DNA of 41,735 nt, from the UHGV virus genome UHGV-1359735; one strand, written 5' to 3'. Source of the stretch: a virus. Positions 33,776 to 41,681 of this stretch are shown here, piece after piece. The translations under genes and the position numbers were made by a program. The notes below the pieces were generated by a model. The model was given only the letters and a program-made list of their open reading frames with translations. It had not been told where the DNA came from and searched no databases. How positions within the stretch are numbered: the stretch's first letter is position 1; each line of letters starts with the position of its first letter.

Positions 33776-34783
33776 TTACGCCGTTACGGCTGATTCAGTA
33801 TTCAGGATGGCGTCAGCGCGACGGATCGGAATACCCAGGAAAGAAACGATTTTCTTACCGGCATATTCGTCGATCGTCAGGTTAACGTTTTTCGCATTCA
33901 TAGCCTGCTTGTGCAGCCAGGCATGGATGGTCTTGTTGCAGTAGATGACCTCTTTGCCATCGCCCAGCATTGCTACATCACGCGCGTAGTACGCATCGAC
34001 CATCATGCTGATGAGGTCGGCGCCGGTTGCAGCATCTTTGGTCAACGTGGTGACATCGATGTTGCAGATGCGCGAGATCGAACGCCAGTCACGGACTGAC
34101 AGGCCGAGATGCCATTTGAACTCATCACGGTAAGCCAGGAACTGACCGCCGTTCGCATCGCTGACCAGGTCATTACCCAGATCCTGATGCTGGAACCCGG
34201 CGACCATACCTTCCGGATAGATCATGTGCGCAGTGTTCTCACCCCAGGACATGAACCAGATGGAGGTATTGGTAGAACCACTACCACCGGCGCTGAATAC
34301 GTTCTCCGCGCTGGCCGCTTTGGAAGTGCTCAGAGTGTTGAAGCGCGGAGCCAGGCCCATGAACGCTTCCGGCTCAGCATCGGTATTGCCGTAGAAGGTG
34401 TAGCGGGAAACCTTGTTGTTAAAGCCCTGCAGCTTGCCCATGTTCTCGGACACGCGGAACGAGTCCGCATTACCGGAGCGATCGGCCAGGTCTTTGTCCA
34501 CAAAGCCAAGGTCGTACAGCATACCGGTAGTGTCAGTCACCGGAACGGTCTGGGTTTTGGTAGGCTGCACGCCCTGGTTGTAACGGCGCCACACCGGCTC
34601 GGGGATACCGGCACGGATGGTAGTTTTGTGCTTGGAACCGTCGTTACACGGCACGTAAATCGCATCGGTAATGACATCGTTGCTTTTCGCCAGTTGCTCG
34701 ACGATTTTAGCGATCCGCCCGTTCTTGTCGGTACGGCTGTACACGTCAAGAAGAGAAGGCAGCGTCTGACCAATTAAAGCCAT
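33776..34783 (-). CDS. Major capsid protein (335 aa)
   Basis: Position after the scaffold-like gene; strong GAGGTG SD; size and composition consistent with epsilon15/T7-like coat proteins. Confidence 0.7.
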   Translation of the reverse strand: MALIGQTLPSLLDVYSRTDKNGRIAKIVEQLAKSNDVITDAIYVPCNDGSKHKTTIRAGIPEPVWRRYNQGVQPTKTQTVPVTDTTGMLYDLGFVDKDLADRSGNADSFRVSENMGKLQGFNNKVSRYTFYGNTDAEPEAFMGLAPRFNTLSTSKAASAENVFSAGGSGSTNTSIWFMSWGENTAHMIYPEGMVAGFQHQDLGNDLVSDANGGQFLAYRDEFKWHLGLSVRDWRSISRICNIDVTTLTKDAATGADLISMMVDAYYARDVAMLGDGKEVIYCNKTIHAWLHKQAMNAKNVNLTIDEYAGKKIVSFLGIPIRRADAILNTESAVTA

Positions 34784-34795
34784 GATTACACCTCA

Positions 34796-35473
34796 CTATT
34801 TTTTGCTTGGATAAAACGCTTCGACCAGATCGTTTTTCGGCGATCCGTTACCCTGGCCAGTGACGAAACTGTCTTCACTCATCAACTTGCCTACCTTTGC
34901 GAACGCCCGAACCATTTCCGGGTGGTTACCCAGGCCGGTCGAGTCAAGGAATTCGCGGAACTCTTTCGATGCGAAGGTATCCAGCGCCTTCTGCGCGTGT
35001 CCGACGGATACCGTTAATTTGTCGCCACCGATTTCTTTGTCAGCCTTCGTGTCAGCTGCCCACTGTTCAACCTGCTGCCCCCACGACTCAGCCTGGCGGT
35101 TCTGGATTTGCTCCTGCAGTTGTGGCCACAGTCCAGCCAACTTCTGCGCCTGGTCATTAGAAAGACCAAGCTCGCGCGCCACGGGCTCAAACAAATCAAC
35201 AGCTTTTGAGTCCAGCTCAGTGCCTTCAGGTGCCGTTAGTTCATATTTTTCTGGAACCGATGGTTCAGCAGAAGGAGTTGGCTTATCGCCAGTCGGCTCA
35301 GGTTTATCACCATCAGCTGGCGAAGGTTCTGGATCTGCTGCTGGTTGTTGCGCTGCTTCAGATTGCTTAGCCGCAGGAGTCGGGGATGGTTCGGATGCTG
35401 CTGGAGCTGCCCCACCATCTGCAGGCTGCTCATTGCACAAACGCCGATACATCAGACGCTCAAATAAATTCAT
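34796..35473 (-). CDS. Scaffolding-like protein (acidic, Pro/Ala-rich N-terminus)
   Basis: Likely start ATG 35473 after GAGGAA SD; low-complexity acidic protein between portal and capsid. Confidence 0.5.
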   Translation of the reverse strand: MNLFERLMYRRLCNEQPADGGAAPAASEPSPTPAAKQSEAAQQPAADPEPSPADGDKPEPTGDKPTPSAEPSVPEKYELTAPEGTELDSKAVDLFEPVARELGLSNDQAQKLAGLWPQLQEQIQNRQAESWGQQVEQWAADTKADKEIGGDKLTVSVGHAQKALDTFASKEFREFLDSTGLGNHPEMVRAFAKVGKLMSEDSFVTGQGNGSPKNDLVEAFYPSKK

Positions 35474-35475
35474 CG

Positions 35476-35781
35476 CTATTCCTCGCTGGCCTCTTTGGCC
35501 ATTGCCAGATACTGATCGGGACACGCCTCCATCACGTCGGAAAAGACTTTCAGTCCCGTGTTACGTTTTCCTTCGGCGAAGGCTGCCGAGAGCGCCTCAC
35601 CGGTATAAGTCGTACGCCACACCCCAGCCTGCTCAATCAGGCGCCAGATGAAACGGCGGCCGTGTTCTGTCTCGCAGATGAGGCGCAGGTCATTAAGTTC
35701 GTTCTCGCGCCGTAACTGCTGCCTTTTGAGCTCATCTGCTGCCAGTTCTTCACGCTCTTCTTCGCTCAGGTAATCAGTCAT
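35476..35781 (-). CDS. Hypothetical protein (101 aa)
   Basis: ATGA overlap with the portal stop. Confidence 0.45.
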   Translation of the reverse strand: MTDYLSEEEREELAADELKRQQLRRENELNDLRLICETEHGRRFIWRLIEQAGVWRTTYTGEALSAAFAEGKRNTGLKVFSDVMEACPDQYLAMAKEASEE

Positions 35782-37457
35782 TGCGTCACCGCCGGCTGCT
35801 GAGCAGCATCAGAGAGGGTTTTTAACAGGCTAGGGTCAGCGGTGTTGGTATCGCTCAGGGTCTTAGCGGTTGCGCCAGCTTGCTGGGCCATAGCCATCAT
35901 CTGCTGCTGCTGCTCCATTTGAGCACGCTGCTCGCGCGTAGCTTGCACCTCATCATCAGAGTTAACGATCGTGGCCGGGACGCCGAGCATATTTCCGTAC
36001 TCGTCAATCGTCTGGTCGATATTGAGTTTGTCGAGCGCCGCAGGATTGGCTTTTGCAAGATTCCCAACAAAGCCAACAAAGCGCTCTACGCTGCTGATCC
36101 CTATGGATTTTTGGGCCTGTGCCAAAATGGATACATATTCAACTTTCAAAGGAGTGCCCTGCAGTTCTTCCGGTGGCTCAGGAAAGAGGTTGCGGCGCGC
36201 CATGATGTTGAATGTGCGATCAACGAAAGGATCAAGGAATTCATCATTAAGTCGCTCAAGAACTGGGCCAAGCTGCAGGAGTTTCTCATCCTGCATTGCG
36301 GCCACAGCTTCCACTGGCATGCTCCTGGTGTTGATGGTGCTGAACAGGTTAAACAGGTCAGAGAAGAAGCAGGCTTCAATCATTTGGCGGTCATCAGCAA
36401 TACTGCCGAGCATGTCATTAAGCTGCGGGCTGACGGCGTAAGCCGGACGCACTAGCTTGGTAGCATCAACCTCATCGACATAAGTAACTCCGCCAGGGGC
36501 AAGGTTGATCAGCTTATTTTTAAGACCTGTCGGGGCCACCATTGGCGGGTTAACAAGCTTATCGATCGCGTTAGCTTTGCGAATTTGCTCCAGCTGCAGC
36601 GCCTTACCAGTACCGAGCGCCATCATTCCCGGGCAGTTACTCCCGTAAACGTCTTCCCCGTTAATCTCCCAGCGCGGTGAAAGGATCGGCGGCTCATCAA
36701 AACCAGCCTCCCGAAGAAGCTTGTCACCGTCTCCTGACAACTCGAAATACACCGATTTGAATGCCTTGTTGCGGGAGTTCAGCTTGCCATTCACACGATC
36801 GATATTGGGCTCTGTCAGATGGACCACATCGAACCATGCTTCATAGTTCGCGTTATCCCAGGCGCCGCGCACGGCGTTACTGACATTGTCCAGGCCAAAC
36901 TGCATAACAATCTGGCGGGCAGTCATGGAGAAAACGCGATACGTGGTATCGACTGACAAACGATGCGAGTTTGACAGGTAGTAACTTCCGATCGGCAGAG
37001 GATGAGTACGAATCACATCTTCGTCGTCTTCGAGAACCGCCATAGCCGCGGTACCAAAAACACCAAGGTGCCGGTAGATAATCGGCAGGGACTGGTAGAC
37101 GTTAGAGCGGTTCATGACGTCGTTCATCCTGGTCATGACCACATCAAGCCAGCGTTTTACCGGTCCATATTGCATCATCTCCGGATCCGGCGTTGCCAGC
37201 TTAAACCATGGGCGGGTTGGGCTGGTGATACCTGACAGCATGCCTGATTGCAGAGTGCGGGCAGCTTTGGAGGCGGTAGGGTCAACGATGCGGGTATTAC
37301 GCTTGCTGCCGTTGTTTCTCTCCGTCGTAAGAAAGCGCGTGCTGCGCGGATCAATAAATTCCGCCAGTTCGCGCCAGTGCTCCTCAAAGCTGGTGCGCTC
37401 ATTTTTGAGCTGCCCCAGGTGTTTGAGGTAATGCTGTTTCGGAGAGAGTTCGGCCAT
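35778..37457 (-). CDS. Portal (head-to-tail connector) protein, T7 gp8-like
   Basis: 559 aa; motifs PWFKLATPDPEMM...YGPVKRWLDVVMTRMNDVM and a Q/A-rich C-terminal tail resemble the podovirus head-tail connector family. Confidence 0.8.
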   Translation of the reverse strand: MAELSPKQHYLKHLGQLKNERTSFEEHWRELAEFIDPRSTRFLTTERNNGSKRNTRIVDPTASKAARTLQSGMLSGITSPTRPWFKLATPDPEMMQYGPVKRWLDVVMTRMNDVMNRSNVYQSLPIIYRHLGVFGTAAMAVLEDDEDVIRTHPLPIGSYYLSNSHRLSVDTTYRVFSMTARQIVMQFGLDNVSNAVRGAWDNANYEAWFDVVHLTEPNIDRVNGKLNSRNKAFKSVYFELSGDGDKLLREAGFDEPPILSPRWEINGEDVYGSNCPGMMALGTGKALQLEQIRKANAIDKLVNPPMVAPTGLKNKLINLAPGGVTYVDEVDATKLVRPAYAVSPQLNDMLGSIADDRQMIEACFFSDLFNLFSTINTRSMPVEAVAAMQDEKLLQLGPVLERLNDEFLDPFVDRTFNIMARRNLFPEPPEELQGTPLKVEYVSILAQAQKSIGISSVERFVGFVGNLAKANPAALDKLNIDQTIDEYGNMLGVPATIVNSDDEVQATREQRAQMEQQQQMMAMAQQAGATAKTLSDTNTADPSLLKTLSDAAQQPAVTQ

Positions 37458-37460
37458 GGA

Positions 37461-37679
37461 TTACGCCCCGAGCAGGGTCTTACCCTGAGTACCGCCAGAA
37501 GGCTGCGTTACACCCTGGCTCGACGTCAGGATTGTTGATTTCTGCCCGCCCGCTGCGGCACGGCGACGACGATCGCTATCGGCGGCGTTCTGTACAGCAG
37601 AATCGGAAACCTGCGGCGCCGCCTGAACCTGCGGAGAACTCACTTTCGGCTTGCTGATGCACATTTTGCTGCGCTCCAT
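37461..37679 (-). CDS. Small Gln/Ala/Ser-rich protein (72 aa) upstream of portal
   Basis: ORF with weak SD; first gene after the 37756 operator on the minus strand. Confidence 0.35.
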   Translation of the reverse strand: MERSKMCISKPKVSSPQVQAAPQVSDSAVQNAADSDRRRRAAAGGQKSTILTSSQGVTQPSGGTQGKTLLGA

Positions 37680-37755
37680 ACGCGTTTAAATTATTACCAA
37701 TTTAACCACATATAATTTATTTGTCGTAGTGTATTGACCTTTTGATGATAAATTA

Positions 37756-37770
37756 TTACCTTTTTGGTAA
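37756..37770. promoter_or_regulatory. Operator-like palindrome TTACCtttttGGTAA (with degenerate copy at 37694-37708)
   Basis: Perfect copy between the portal operon and the ORF-free region; TTGACC at 37734-37739 lies upstream. Confidence 0.5.
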
Positions 37771-38083
37771 ACACAACATGAAAGCGCACCCCATTCCCTT
37801 CCATTGGTGGCTTTGTCGTTACTCAGATGGCGGAGTGCGCTTCCAGGTGTGAAAGCATCCGGCGTATGGCACATGCGTCGATAGCGGTCCGGGGGCTCCT
37901 TGGTACATGGCCCAGCGGGTAGCCGGAATGTGCAAGCCATGCCATGCATGCACGACAGCGACTCACCATCGTGGCGGTACGGTGTGACACCTCGGAAGAG
38001 ACGAGGATGCAACGATGAGAGCATTGGCGGAAGCAACGCCTCCCTCGCCGGGTGGTCCACTGTGGTAATCAGTGCTCTCTTCG

Positions 38084-38198
38084 TTGTGGTTAGCTCAGGA
38101 ATTGGTTAGAGCTCCATCCATGCTTGCCATTGCTGCATGGGCGGGTAATGGGTTCCGAAAGGATCGCCGCGCCGGTTGGAATCCGGCACCACAACCCA
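38084..38198 (+). ncRNA. tRNA-like element (non-canonical) inside an ORF-free region
   Basis: Acceptor 5' strand TTGTGGT (38084-38090); D-arm GCTC-aggaattggtta-GAGC (38093-38112); T-arm GCCGG-ttggaat-CCGGC (38171-38187); acceptor 3' strand ACCACAA + C + CCA (38188-38198). But 58 nt separate the D- and T-arms, containing a 6-bp stem CCATGC/GCATGG and GGTTCCGAAAGG. Confidence 0.35.
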
Positions 38199-38242
38199 AT
38201 CACACCTCAGGACCGTGATACCCGTAGTTCCAGTGCAAGTTT

Positions 38243-38284
38243 GGCGGTGGCAGTTATTCCCTTTCTGACCACCGCCATTTTTAC
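38243..38284 (+). terminator. Intrinsic terminator ending the ORF-free transcript
   Basis: GGCGGTGGCAG ... CTGACCACCGCC stem followed by ATTTTTAC. Confidence 0.55.
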
Positions 38285-38366
38285 AGCAGGACGCCATTGC
38301 GATGACTTCATGCTGTAAACCCTGTGACACCCAGCCAAGGACGGCACTTTCCATCATCCCTGTTTC

Positions 38367-38392
38367 GCCCGGTTCGTCCGGGCATTTTTTTT
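38367..38392 (+). terminator. Strong intrinsic terminator 17 nt upstream of the gp49-like gene
   Basis: GCCCGG-ttcgt-CCGGGC followed by ATTTTTTTT. Confidence 0.7.
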
Positions 38393-38408
38393 AAGGTGAG
38401 ATTAGACT

Positions 38409-38786
38409 ATGAGTGACAAAGACATTGAATCTGAAATTCAGGCTAAAGGCTTAACGGCGCCGCGCGTTACGCCCAACCATATCGAAAGCATTATTGCCAG
38501 CGAGCATTACTTCACTGGCTCTGATGGTGTACTGGGTGCCTACAAAAACAACGATGACGTTTACGTTGGCAGCGCACCTAGCGATAAATCCGTACGGTCT
38601 TTAGATTTGATTACCTTCTGTGTCCTGGTGCTTCAAAACGGCTTCACCGTCACCGGTGAAAGCGCCTGCGCCAGTCCTGAAAACTTCGACCCTGAAATCG
38701 GACGTAAGATTGCCCGTGAAAATGCGGTAAATAAAATCTGGATGCTGGAAGGTTACCTGCTGAAGCAGAGACTGAGCGAAAAATAA
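38409..38786 (+). CDS. Hypothetical protein (125 aa), possibly phage Gp49/Sf6-gp66-like family
   Basis: AAGGTGAG SD; opposite strand to the late operon; followed by a terminator; family assignment from memory only. Confidence 0.5.
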   Translation: MSDKDIESEIQAKGLTAPRVTPNHIESIIASEHYFTGSDGVLGAYKNNDDVYVGSAPSDKSVRSLDLITFCVLVLQNGFTVTGESACASPENFDPEIGRKIARENAVNKIWMLEGYLLKQRLSEK

Positions 38787-38805
38787 CACCGTGACATGTC
38801 ACAAT

Positions 38806-38831
38806 AGCCCGCCGATGCGCGGGCTTTTTTT
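38806..38831 (+). terminator. Intrinsic terminator after gp49-like gene (abuts TerL stop)
   Basis: AGCCCGC-cgat-GCGGGCT followed by TTTTTTT; preceded by GTGACATGTCAC palindrome at 38791-38802. Confidence 0.65.
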
Positions 38832-40305
38832 ACGCCCACGGGTCGTACTCGCTGATCACGTTGGGCTGCTTGCCGCCGGCAGCGGGGAAATCTGAACGCT
38901 TCGCCACTGGATAGGCGAACGTCAGAAGCAGCGCATCGCCCTTGCCCGGCGACCGACCCAGACGCTCTTTGATATCCTCTTTCGGCTCCATGACGATCTT
39001 ACCGTCTACCCTCACCTTGTACTCTGCCGCTGACAGATCATCCGCCGTCTCCTGGTCGTCCAGCGCGCCGCCGAGCTTGAGCCACGTCTTGCAGGCGTTG
39101 AACATCTCTCCGCGCTTATTCAGCATCTGAGGATCTGCCGATGCGCCGCCGAACGGCACAAGCTGCCAGGTGCGACCCCAGCCGTCACCGATGGACTTCA
39201 GCCCGGTACCGTAGCCGAAGTCGATAAACACCGCATCAGCCTGGTACTGGTCCTCAAAATCAGCGATACGCTTCGCCATAATCAGATCGTCGGTGGTCTT
39301 GTTGCCGGTCCACAGCACTTTGCTGTGCAGTCCCTGGCGGAAATAAATCACTGCATCATCCACGCCGGAATATGCTGGGTCGACGCCGATTATCCGCGGG
39401 GCGTGCGCCACCTGCGCAGCGGTCACAACGCGCTTCATCGCCTCATCAGTCAGCCCGGTAGGGATGAACTGCAGCTCCGACGCATCAGGGAAGATCCCCC
39501 GCACGCGGACCTTCACAAAGTCGCTATCCTCGCCGTAGTCATCGACCCATTTCTGCAGCTGCTGCTTGTTGGTGCCTTCGACGGTGCGGCTGTCGATTTG
39601 CGCGCACTTCCAGCGGTGCTTGTATTTGCGGAAGCACTCCCGGAATCGCCCGGTGTTGCGCGTCGGGTTACCGAACGCCACCCAGATAATTTCGGTGTCT
39701 TCGTCCGTCAGCGCGCCCTCGGCAACTTCCCAGACAAGATCTGCGATGTTGGATGCTTCGTCGAACACCACAACGATGCGCTTACGCTCGTTGTGCAGGC
39801 CCGCAAACGCCTCGGTGTTGTGCTCAGACCAGGGAATAGCATCGGCGCGCCAGCGTTTGTCGTGGCCCGGATCGTTGCTGTACATCGCGGTGGCTGTGCA
39901 GGTGAACCACTCTTTCGTGATAGCCAGGTTCGACCATTTGATGATTTCCGGCCAGGTCTTCGTGCGCAGCTGGTTGTCGGTGTTAGCGGTCACCACCACC
40001 TTGCAATCTTCACAGGTGGACATGGCCCAGTTAATCAGCATCGAGATGAAAGCAGATTTACCGATACCGTGACCGGAGGCCCGGGCAATCATCAGCGGCT
40101 GGTGACGTGTCGCGGGATTCTGCAGGTGCTCGCCTATCTCGCGGAATGCGTCAGCCTGCCACTGTCGCGGCCCGGAGGCGTGCGCCAGTTCTGTGCCATC
40201 CTCGCCCCACGGGAACGCATACAGCGCATAGCCCAGCGGGTCATGGGTGAAGCTGGCGATATCGTCGATCAGCTGTTCTTCCGGGGATAAAGCGGCGTCT
40301 GTCAC
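38830..40305 (-). CDS. terL: Terminase large subunit
   Basis: 491 aa; Walker A-like GHGIGKS; acidic nuclease motifs; GTGA-coupled to TerS; GGTGGTGA SD. Confidence 0.85.
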   Translation of the reverse strand: MTDAALSPEEQLIDDIASFTHDPLGYALYAFPWGEDGTELAHASGPRQWQADAFREIGEHLQNPATRHQPLMIARASGHGIGKSAFISMLINWAMSTCEDCKVVVTANTDNQLRTKTWPEIIKWSNLAITKEWFTCTATAMYSNDPGHDKRWRADAIPWSEHNTEAFAGLHNERKRIVVVFDEASNIADLVWEVAEGALTDEDTEIIWVAFGNPTRNTGRFRECFRKYKHRWKCAQIDSRTVEGTNKQQLQKWVDDYGEDSDFVKVRVRGIFPDASELQFIPTGLTDEAMKRVVTAAQVAHAPRIIGVDPAYSGVDDAVIYFRQGLHSKVLWTGNKTTDDLIMAKRIADFEDQYQADAVFIDFGYGTGLKSIGDGWGRTWQLVPFGGASADPQMLNKRGEMFNACKTWLKLGGALDDQETADDLSAAEYKVRVDGKIVMEPKEDIKERLGRSPGKGDALLLTFAYPVAKRSDFPAAGGKQPNVISEYDPWA

Positions 40306-40886
40306 TGGTCACCACCCTGGTGTTCTTTCAGGCGGCGCCGGGCGGCGGCCATGCGGTCGGCAATTGTGACGTTCACGTTAACTTCCATGCGCTCTTTGAA
40401 CGCGTTAACGTCGACGTGCTTACCGATTAGCTCGAGGTTCTTCACCTTGTCGGGCCATTTTATTTTCTTGAGGATGGTCTCTATCGATGTCTCATCCATG
40501 TTCATGATGGTTGAGGACAGGTCAAACCCGCTGAGCGTGGTTCGCCAGATTTTCGGCCACTCGCGGATAGGCTTCAGGCTGCCGTCATCGTTCAGGATAT
40601 CCAGCACGTCCATCTGGTCGATTTCCACCAGGCGCAGCAGCACGTAATCGGCGCTGACGCGCAGGCGCTTGTTGCGCTCTTCCATGAGCTCAGCGATTCG
40701 TTTCTGGATACGCTCATCACGCATCATCGTGCTGGCTTTGACGTGGGCAGACTTTGGGGAAAACCCGGCATTGATGGCCGCCTGCGTCTGATTTTCAGGG
40801 CATTTCACATACTCCTGGGCGTAGGCTTCCTGCATCACCGTCAACGGTTTGTACTGAGTTGATTTGCGCTTCGGATCCTTTGGCAT
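40302..40886 (-). CDS. terS: Terminase small subunit
   Basis: Probable ATG 40886 (GGGGTG SD; track start GTG 40895). N-terminal HTH-like segment MQEAYAQEYVKCPENQTQAAINAGFS typical of Terminase_2-type TerS. Confidence 0.7.
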   Translation of the reverse strand: MPKDPKRKSTQYKPLTVMQEAYAQEYVKCPENQTQAAINAGFSPKSAHVKASTMMRDERIQKRIAELMEERNKRLRVSADYVLLRLVEIDQMDVLDILNDDGSLKPIREWPKIWRTTLSGFDLSSTIMNMDETSIETILKKIKWPDKVKNLELIGKHVDVNAFKERMEVNVNVTIADRMAAARRRLKEHQGGDQ

Positions 40887-40906
40887 GGTAAACACCCCGA
40901 AAATAA

Positions 40907-40921
40907 TTACCCTTTCGGTAA
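40907..40921. promoter_or_regulatory. Operator-like palindrome TTACCctttcGGTAA immediately upstream of terS
   Basis: On the minus strand a TATTAT -10-like hexamer directly precedes the palindrome; no good -35 (activator-dependent late promoter?). Confidence 0.5.
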
Positions 40922-40943
40922 TAATACCATGCCACCAGCGATG

Positions 40944-41273
40944 TTACATGATCGGAATATCATCATCACTCACCCATCCGGCCCGGTTTATCAGGTAGGT
41001 AACGACTCCCCGCACTTCAACATCGTCCAGGGCGTCCCCTTCCAGCGCCTCACCATCATCAGTGATCAGCGCCTGGCCACGGACAACAGCGAATTCAGTT
41101 TTCCCGGCATATGCGATAAGAACATGATCACCCTGCTTTGGCCGGCGGCAGACATCGACGATGGCATAACCGGCGGCAGTCTCCAGGGCGCGACAGTTGG
41201 CGTCATACTGACAAAGGCGGGAAACGGTTAGCGTTTGCTCAACGTAGTCTGCGGCAGGTGATGGAAACCCCAT
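40944..41273 (-). CDS. UmuD'-like (HumD-like) S24-fold protein, pre-truncated and lacking the Ser/Lys dyad
   Basis: Begins MGFPSPAADYVEQ, which is the N-terminus of processed E. coli UmuD' (GFPSPAADYVEQ after the Cys24-Gly25 cleavage site). C-terminal GDHVLIAYAGKTEFAVVRGQ aligns with UmuD GDIVIAAVDGEFTVKKLQ. The Ser60 loop is deleted and Lys97 is replaced by Arg. GAGG SD. A LexA box lies 19-38 nt upstream. Confidence 0.7.
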   Translation of the reverse strand: MGFPSPAADYVEQTLTVSRLCQYDANCRALETAAGYAIVDVCRRPKQGDHVLIAYAGKTEFAVVRGQALITDDGEALEGDALDDVEVRGVVTYLINRAGWVSDDDIPIM

Positions 41274-41291
41274 GATGACCTCACATAAAAA

Positions 41292-41311
41292 TACTGTATA
41301 TTTAAACAGTA
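41292..41311. promoter_or_regulatory. LexA (SOS) box TACTGTATATTTAAACAGTA
   Basis: Perfect CTGT-N8-ACAG with the flanking TA..TA of the enterobacterial consensus; overlaps the promoter region of the UmuD'-like gene. Confidence 0.8.
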
Positions 41312-41348
41312 CAATCATGCGAGGATTTAGTCAATCTGTCGTGACATG

Positions 41349-41681
41349 TCACAGCGGTAGTTTTGTTTCGTGCCAGCCAAGAGTGGCCCAGCACTGAGAA
41401 TCACCAGTGCAAGGGCAGGATGCCACCGGCAGTTGATCGCCACACTTGCCGCAGCGGCGTTTGCTGATGGCGTTAATCCGGCCGCGCACCCGGGCGTCAT
41501 CCTGGCGGATAAGCAACGCGATGTACTCGGCCATTTCATAGGGATCGCGACCAGGGCGCCGGGCGGCGCAGTTCCGCGCCAGCATCTCCTGCTCATCCAG
41601 CACCAGTTCAATTTTGCGCTCACCGGCGGCGGACTGCCGCGCGCGCTGCGCGGCTTTACGTTCTGCGGGGGATTTAAGCAC
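41349..41681 (-). CDS. Zn-finger (CxxC...CxC) basic protein, possible late-gene regulator
   Basis: GTG start after AGGTGA SD; CGKCGDQLPVASCPC motif; located just upstream of the terminase operon. The overlapping alternative frame 41327..41698 looks like a GC-skew artefact. Confidence 0.4.
   Translation of the reverse strand: MLKSPAERKAAQRARQSAAGERKIELVLDEQEMLARNCAARRPGRDPYEMAEYIALLIRQDDARVRGRINAISKRRCGKCGDQLPVASCPCTGDSQCWATLGWHETKLPL

Noticed and set aside
22939-35715. Plus-strand ORFs inside the long minus-strand structural genes (22939..25900, 26397..28610, 29044..30097, 30887..32676, 33089..35715, 35880..37538)
   Set aside because: Each lies entirely antisense within a large late gene with coherent operon structure. 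The cause is the third-position GC bias of the real genes.
38084-38198. Canonical tRNA gene
   Set aside because: D-arm, T-arm, acceptor and CCA are present, but 58 nt lie between the D- and T-arms. No 5-bp/7-nt anticodon arm can be drawn, and even a class II variable arm cannot absorb the excess. Kept only as a tRNA-like element.
37686-38357. Six-frame ORFs 37686..38060(-), 37900..38109(+), 38124..38318(+), 38106..38357(-) in the intergenic block
   Set aside because: Their composition is Arg/Pro/Cys-rich and not protein-like. One runs through the operator and the neighbouring gene start. They have no SD sequences. The region is better explained as structured non-coding DNA.
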